The translations under genes and the position numbers were made by a program. Below, piece after piece: positions 58,750-64,000 of a DNA stretch of 64,000 nt; position 1 is the first letter of the stretch, and each line of letters begins with the position of its first letter. This stretch comes from Nemertoderma westbladi (Eukaryota; Animalia; Xenacoelomorpha), in NCBI GenBank assembly GCA_032718475.1, contig JAUCBJ010007524.1:1-64000 (forward strand), read 5' to 3'. The notes beneath the pieces were generated by a model. The model ran no database searches. It was not told the origin of the DNA and worked only from the letters and a program-made list of their open reading frames with translations.

Positions 58750-61700
58750 ATGCCTATGTCTACCAATAAAGTTAGCTGCCCCATCTGCGACAAAGAGATG
58801 CGGAGTGATAATCTAAAATCACATATTAAAATTCATTTCGCGCAATATAGATGCGACTGTTGCCCGACTTGGTCCTCGGAAAAGAAGACGCTGGTTGGCC
58901 ATCTTGTTTCGTGTCCTCAGGGGGGAACAGGATTTAGTCACGTAAACGAGCCAGCCGATTGCCGCTGCGGGGATTCACTCACCCTATCATCCTTCACTGA
59001 GCATGAATGCTACACTCGACTTTTTTCGCGGAAACGCAAAACTCCATCTACCTCCCACTCATCCCCCATCAACTCTACTCCAGAACAAGTCGGCGGCGGC
59101 GGCTCCAATAATGAACCTTCAACTTCGCGAGATTCTATTTCCCCAAACAATCCCTTCCAACCCCGCTCTAACGGAAGCGCACACGGACGACTGTTTACCT
59201 ATAACAACGACCTCGCAGAAACAAGACTCGACGCTGAATTAACTTTAAATGAAAATTTTCCACATATTCAAGAACATGTTAGTAGCCATTTACAAAGTGC
59301 TTTGGGAACTTTTTTAAGAGTCTGGCTAACTATCAATATTATAATGGAGCGCGAAACCAGCGAGGGTTTTCAAATTGAATCATTCTGTTTTAAATCTAGC
59401 GGTAACAATAATCAAATTCTAAATAATAGCGACTTTAATAACTGGTTTTCAAGCGCCGTCAATCGTATCGATCAACTGTTAAGCGTGTTTCTCTGCCTCG
59501 GCTTGGGTTGGCGCATAATAGCCATCGAGCGAATAACTATTGAGATTGCGCGGTCCCAACGCAACCCCTATTTAAAGGGTCAAGGCTTCAATAATTCTAA
59601 ATTATTATTAAATAAAAAATGTACCGTAAGCGTAGACTGCCCGCTGGGGGAATGCTTTAAATACGCAGTATTAGCCGCCGCAAATTATAAGAAAATTGAT
59701 AGAAAACAAAATAATATTAGTAGAATTTCAACATATACTCCTTTCCTAAACATGTTTGATTTTTCCAATTTAAGTTTTCCGGTGGACAGAGTAACTGGTA
59801 TTCCCCAGTTTCTGAAAGCAAACCCTATATACTGTATAAACCTTCTTTATTGGAGTAATACGGAAGAACTCTCCATTCTAAGTCAACCAGATAGCGCGCA
59901 CTGTTCCGGTAAAACTGTACTAAACTTATTATTTATCGAAGCCACAAGCAAAAACCCCGCCCACTATGTAGCTATTACTAACATAGATAGATTAATAAAT
60001 ACTAAAGCTACTTCTAAAGGCAACAAGACGCACTGCGAACGCTGTCTCAGAGCCTTTTACACTGACAAATCATTGGAAGAACATAGAGAGCGGTGCTATA
60101 CGGGTAAACGCCAACTCGAGTATATGCCCGAAAATCTCTTGGTTAAATTTGACAGGTACGATAAGACTCTATCCCCGCCTTTCTGTATATACGCCGACAT
60201 TGAAACTATTCTAGAACCTACAAACAATATTAAACTCCCACAGAAACATATAGCTAGTGCGGCAGCCTTTTATACAGTACCAAATCAGAAATTAATTAAC
60301 CCTCCTAAAACAGATGTTCAAATTTTCCGCGACGATGGCAGTAACCACGTAATGCGCGACTTTCTAACCGCTATGGAAAGTCATTGTAGGGAGTTATACG
60401 ATTGGTCCATTTCTAGTACAAACACGCGCGCCCCCATGCAACTCACTACTAGCCAACAAACTGACTTTAATAATGCTACACAATGCTACGTCTGCAACTG
60501 TAATTTAACCCCCGATTCTCATAATTTAAACCTCAATGACAATCTCAGCACCAAAGTCCGCGATCACGATCATTATAGCGGGGAGTATCGAGGGGCTGCT
60601 TGCATCAGCTGCAACAGGAAACTTTCCCTAAAACGGAATAATTTTTATATTATATTTCATAACTTGAGGAAATTCGATATGCATTTACTACTAAAAGAAG
60701 GAATGACCGATAGTTCTAGAACACACTGGAAAATGACCGTAATACCAAAAAACACTGAAACTTATATTCACCTTAAAGTTAGCTTTCCAATCGATCCGAG
60801 TACACCAACAGCCAACGCTAAAGAAAGTATCTCCATTAATTTTCTAGATTCCTATCAATTTATGACTGCCAGCCTAGATAATCTTAGTAGTTATCTCACT
60901 AAAAATAATAGTAACCTAGCAACAGCCATACCCCATACACTAGCTCAAATGACCCAACTCTATCCCAACATTAGCGATAACACAATAAAAAACAAGGGCG
61001 TATTCCCATATTCCTACATTCAAAATATTTCAAACCTACACGAAACTACACTCCCCCCAATAGAAAGCTTCTATAATGATCTCAAATTGGAACAATGTAG
61101 CGCAGAAAACTATCAGCGCGCGCTTACTACTTGGGATGAATTAAACTGCGCAACAATCTTCGACTATATGATTGGCTATTTGGTTCTAGACGTTACCCTA
61201 TTGGCTGATACTTTCGAGCAGTTCCGATCCCTCTGTCTTACTAATTATGGACTCGAGCCCGTAATGTACTTCACTGCCCCGGGATTAACTTACGACGCGG
61301 CCCTGAAATTCACGCAATCAGAAATTCAATTACTATCAGACGCTTCCATCTACTCGGACTTTGAAACAAATATTAGGGGTGGTCTAGTTTTCTTGAATAC
61401 ACATTCCGTAGACGCAAATATTCCCGATAAACCCGACTACGACTCCAGTCTCCCCGAGAAATATCTAATTCCCATCGATGCGAATAACCTTTACGGCTGC
61501 GCCCTGAGCCAGAAACTTCCCTACGCTAATATTAAACTCGTAACTACCCCCATAGACCTAGCTACAGTAGACACGAGTGGGGACACTGGTTATTATTGCA
61601 TAGTTGATCTACATTACCCGAAAGAAATTCACGATTTGACCGCCGATCTGCCTCTAGGAGCGGAGAAGATGTCAGTCCCTAAATCCTTTCTTAGCGAATA

Positions 61701-62810
61701 CATGGAAGATCTTTGGGAGCATTACAATCTCACCGATACGGCTACCTGTAGACCATACAACGATACCTGTACTAAGCTACTACTGTACTACATCAGTTTA
61801 ATAAGGTTGAATACGGTATCCATATTAAGCTACTTCAGCTCTATTTGAAGCTCGGTCTTAAACTTACACAAGTACACAGGGTCTACTCTTTCTCACAAAA
61901 ATATATTTTCAAGGACTACATTAGTTTTAATACGAATAAAAGACAGTTGGCAAATAACCCATTCGAGGTACTATTTTATAAGTTGATGAACAATGCCTTG
62001 TATGGGAAATGCCTCCAAAAGGTTAGAGACCGCGTTTCTTTCAGGTTATGCAATAGCGACGAACAATGCGATTTGCTCTTAGCCAAGCCCAACCACGAAT
62101 CGTTTGTTGTCTTTACCCCCAACTTGAGTGGACATACTTTCACTAAAGAGGCTGTTTGCCTAAATCAGGGCGTGTTCATCGGTTGCACTATACTAGATCT
62201 ATCTAAGCTACAGATGTACGACCTATTTTACAACAAACTGAAGCCTCTAGAACAAAAACTGGATTGCCAGATTCGCTGTCTAGCCGGTGACACGGATTCT
62301 CTAATGCTAAGCGTAACTAATGCACCACAGCTAACCTTTCTACGGGCAATGTTTGAGGGTGGTTTCCTAGATACTTCCAACTACAGTACAACACATCCAC
62401 TCTATACCATTAAACACAAAGCGGCTCTCGGCTTCATAAAAGATGAGAGCTGCGGTTTGCAGTATAAACAGTGGGTTTTCCTTAAACCAAAGGTCTACAG
62501 CTTTCAATCCTATGATGCCCCAATCAAGAAAACCGCCAAAGGTGTATCTAGATCTGTTGTCGCTAAGCAACTAACACACGAGGATTATGCAGACTGTTTT
62601 GAAAACGAGGCAATGCTCTTCCGCTATAACTCTACCTTCACTTCTAGAAAGCATCAAATTTTTACTGGTCATGTCTATAAGAAGGCACTAACGCTCTGGG
62701 ATACGAAATCATATTGGAGTAGTAAATATAGCAGCAAACCATACGGGCACTATAGCACTAAGCTTGTTAGACCGGCGAAACGAGTAGTAATCCCCCCTAC
62801 TAGGATTTAA
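58750..62810 (+). pseudogene. Protein-primed family B DNA polymerase (Polinton-type), one frameshift at ~61783-61787
   Basis: N-terminal C2H2 finger; CFKYAV...HYVAI; Exo I YADIE; EndoVII-like CxxC...DHDHYSGEYRGAAC..CN; Exo II FHNLRKFD; KGVFPY; IRGG; motif A DANNLYG; motif B KLMNNALYGK; motif C GDTDS. 1351 aa when the frame is restored. Confidence 0.92.
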
Positions 62811-62833
62811 ATTTATTTTTCTAGAATAAGAAA

Positions 62834-63340
62834 TTGAACAACAAAATAGAAATAACCAATAAACAGTTTACCGGAAAAAACATTGCCAAATTTGAACTAG
62901 AGAAAATTTCACAGCAAATTAGAGGTCGAAGTTGCTTAAAACCAAACATGTTTATCTACAAAGGTGACGATTCAACTTTAATGCTATTTCCCAGCGGCGC
63001 AGTAACAATTGTAGGCCTGTGCAATAATTTAGCTAGTGAATTGCTTTATTTAAAACAAACTATTGGTATGCAATTACAAAATTTGAAACTTAATACCGAA
63101 ACACGAACTATTATTTTTCCAAGTGTTAATTTTAAATTATTAATGAAAAAATGTGGACATCATACAATTAATAATAAAGCAATATTTATTAGCTATACCC
63201 CCGAATTATTTTGCGCGATTAGAATATATATAGGACGTGCATATTTCAGTGTATTTCATAGTAATAAAATCGTTTCCATGTGTCCAGCCGGTGAATTCCC
63301 CGGATCATTATCTATTTTACAAACTATATTATTAAATTAG
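62834..63340 (+). CDS. Divergent TATA-binding-protein (TBP)-fold protein
   Basis: Two TBP-like repeats: PNMFIYK...TLMLFPSGAVTIVG and ISYTPELFCAIRI...FSVFHSNKIV (cf. YEPELFPGLIY...LIFxSGK). Starts at TTG, 9 nt after a splice-acceptor motif. Confidence 0.7.
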   Translation: MNNKIEITNKQFTGKNIAKFELEKISQQIRGRSCLKPNMFIYKGDDSTLMLFPSGAVTIVGLCNNLASELLYLKQTIGMQLQNLKLNTETRTIIFPSVNFKLLMKKCGHHTINNKAIFISYTPELFCAIRIYIGRAYFSVFHSNKIVSMCPAGEFPGSLSILQTILLN

Positions 63341-63379
63341 TTTATTTACTATGGTATACATGAAAGTTTACTATATTAT

Positions 63380-63766
63380 TTATTTTGTGTTGGTTTTTAT
63401 TTTCCCGTGAGTAGGGTTTGAATCCGTGACCATCCCTGATACCTACTTTTTATAATTGCATTAGTAGGAATCGAACCCTGGTTTAACTTATTTTGTGTTG
63501 GTTTTATAATGGTCGCGAGTAGGGCTTGAACCCGTGACCTTCTGTTTTTCCTATTTTGTGTTTACTTTTTATAATTCCCATAAAACGGGATATGAATAGG
63601 GAACGAACCTGCGAGCATATATTTTTCCTAATTTATGTTTAGTTTAGTCTAGTTATTCTATGTTTACTTTTTATATTTTCATGACTAGGATTCGAACCCT
63701 GGTTTAACTTATTTTGTGTTGGTTTTATAATGGTCGCGAGTAGGGATTGAACCTATGACCTCCTGT
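63380..63766 (-). repeat. Array of six tRNA T-arm/B-box motifs each followed by TATAAAA-like sequence
   Basis: Minus-strand GGTTCRAnYCC-type motifs near 63410, 63463, 63518, 63596, 63684, 63739; ~80-bp direct repeat 63464-63545 / 63685-63766. Confidence 0.75.
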
Positions 63767-63972
63767 TTATTTTCCATTGACTGTTTTATATTTAATATGT
63801 CACGCTCATCTCTCTTTTTCTTTTCATCTTCACTAAAAATATCTTCGGATTTTTTAAATTTTTTTGGTAACGGAGCCATTAGTTTTTCCTTTCTATGTGT
63901 TTCCATATGACGAGATAAATTGTCTTGTCTCATTTCTTTATTACAAACCAAACAAATTTCATGTCTATGCAT
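63709..63972 (-). CDS. Small C2H2 zinc-finger protein
   Basis: CLVCNKEMRQDNLSRHMETH plus basic PKKFKK; finger resembles the N-terminal finger of the pPolB. Confidence 0.6.
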   Translation of the reverse strand: MHRHEICLVCNKEMRQDNLSRHMETHRKEKLMAPLPKKFKKSEDIFSEDEKKKRDERDILNIKQSMENKQEVIGSIPTRDHYKTNTK

Positions 63973-64000
63973 TATATAGCAATGTCAATTGATAATATTG

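Larger units (their letters stand above)
56108..64000 (+). mobile_element. Polinton/Maverick-like (pPolB-encoding) endogenous element, left portion
   Basis: pPolB, TBP-like and C2H2 ORFs tightly packed. Left end placed tentatively at AGTAGTAG (56108); element runs off the window. Integrase, capsid and ATPase genes not seen. Confidence 0.65.

Noticed and set aside
61845-62810. Separate gene or programmed frameshift for the pPolB C-terminal half
   Set aside because: A 5-bp footprint insertion explains the split fully; no slippery heptamer at the junction.

Overview
Repeat-rich animal (probably invertebrate) genomic DNA, not prokaryotic. Main contents: (1) an intact, very young 17.4-kb BEL/Pao LTR retrotransposon (2426-19798; 1198-bp LTRs; GGTGT target-site duplication). 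Besides gag-pol it carries a second 1049-aa ORF with a DEDDy/WRN-EXD-like 3'-5' exonuclease domain and a Cys/His cluster, preceded by structured-RNA-like elements. (2) A 4-exon TAB2/3-like host gene (CUE...NZF; 30537-38871) whose exon-3 splice donor is amplified into a minisatellite. (3) An intronless SFT2D gene. (4) The left part of a Polinton/Maverick-like element (about 56.1 kb to window end). It has a protein-primed DNA polymerase B broken by one Tc1/mariner-type footprint, a divergent TBP-like ORF, a small C2H2 ORF, an array of tRNA B-box + TATAAAA units and putative spliced leader exons. (5) Many MITEs, a Sola-like foldback element, LINE fragments, tRNA-derived repeats and large minisatellites. 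All domain calls come from motif recognition by eye, with no database search.
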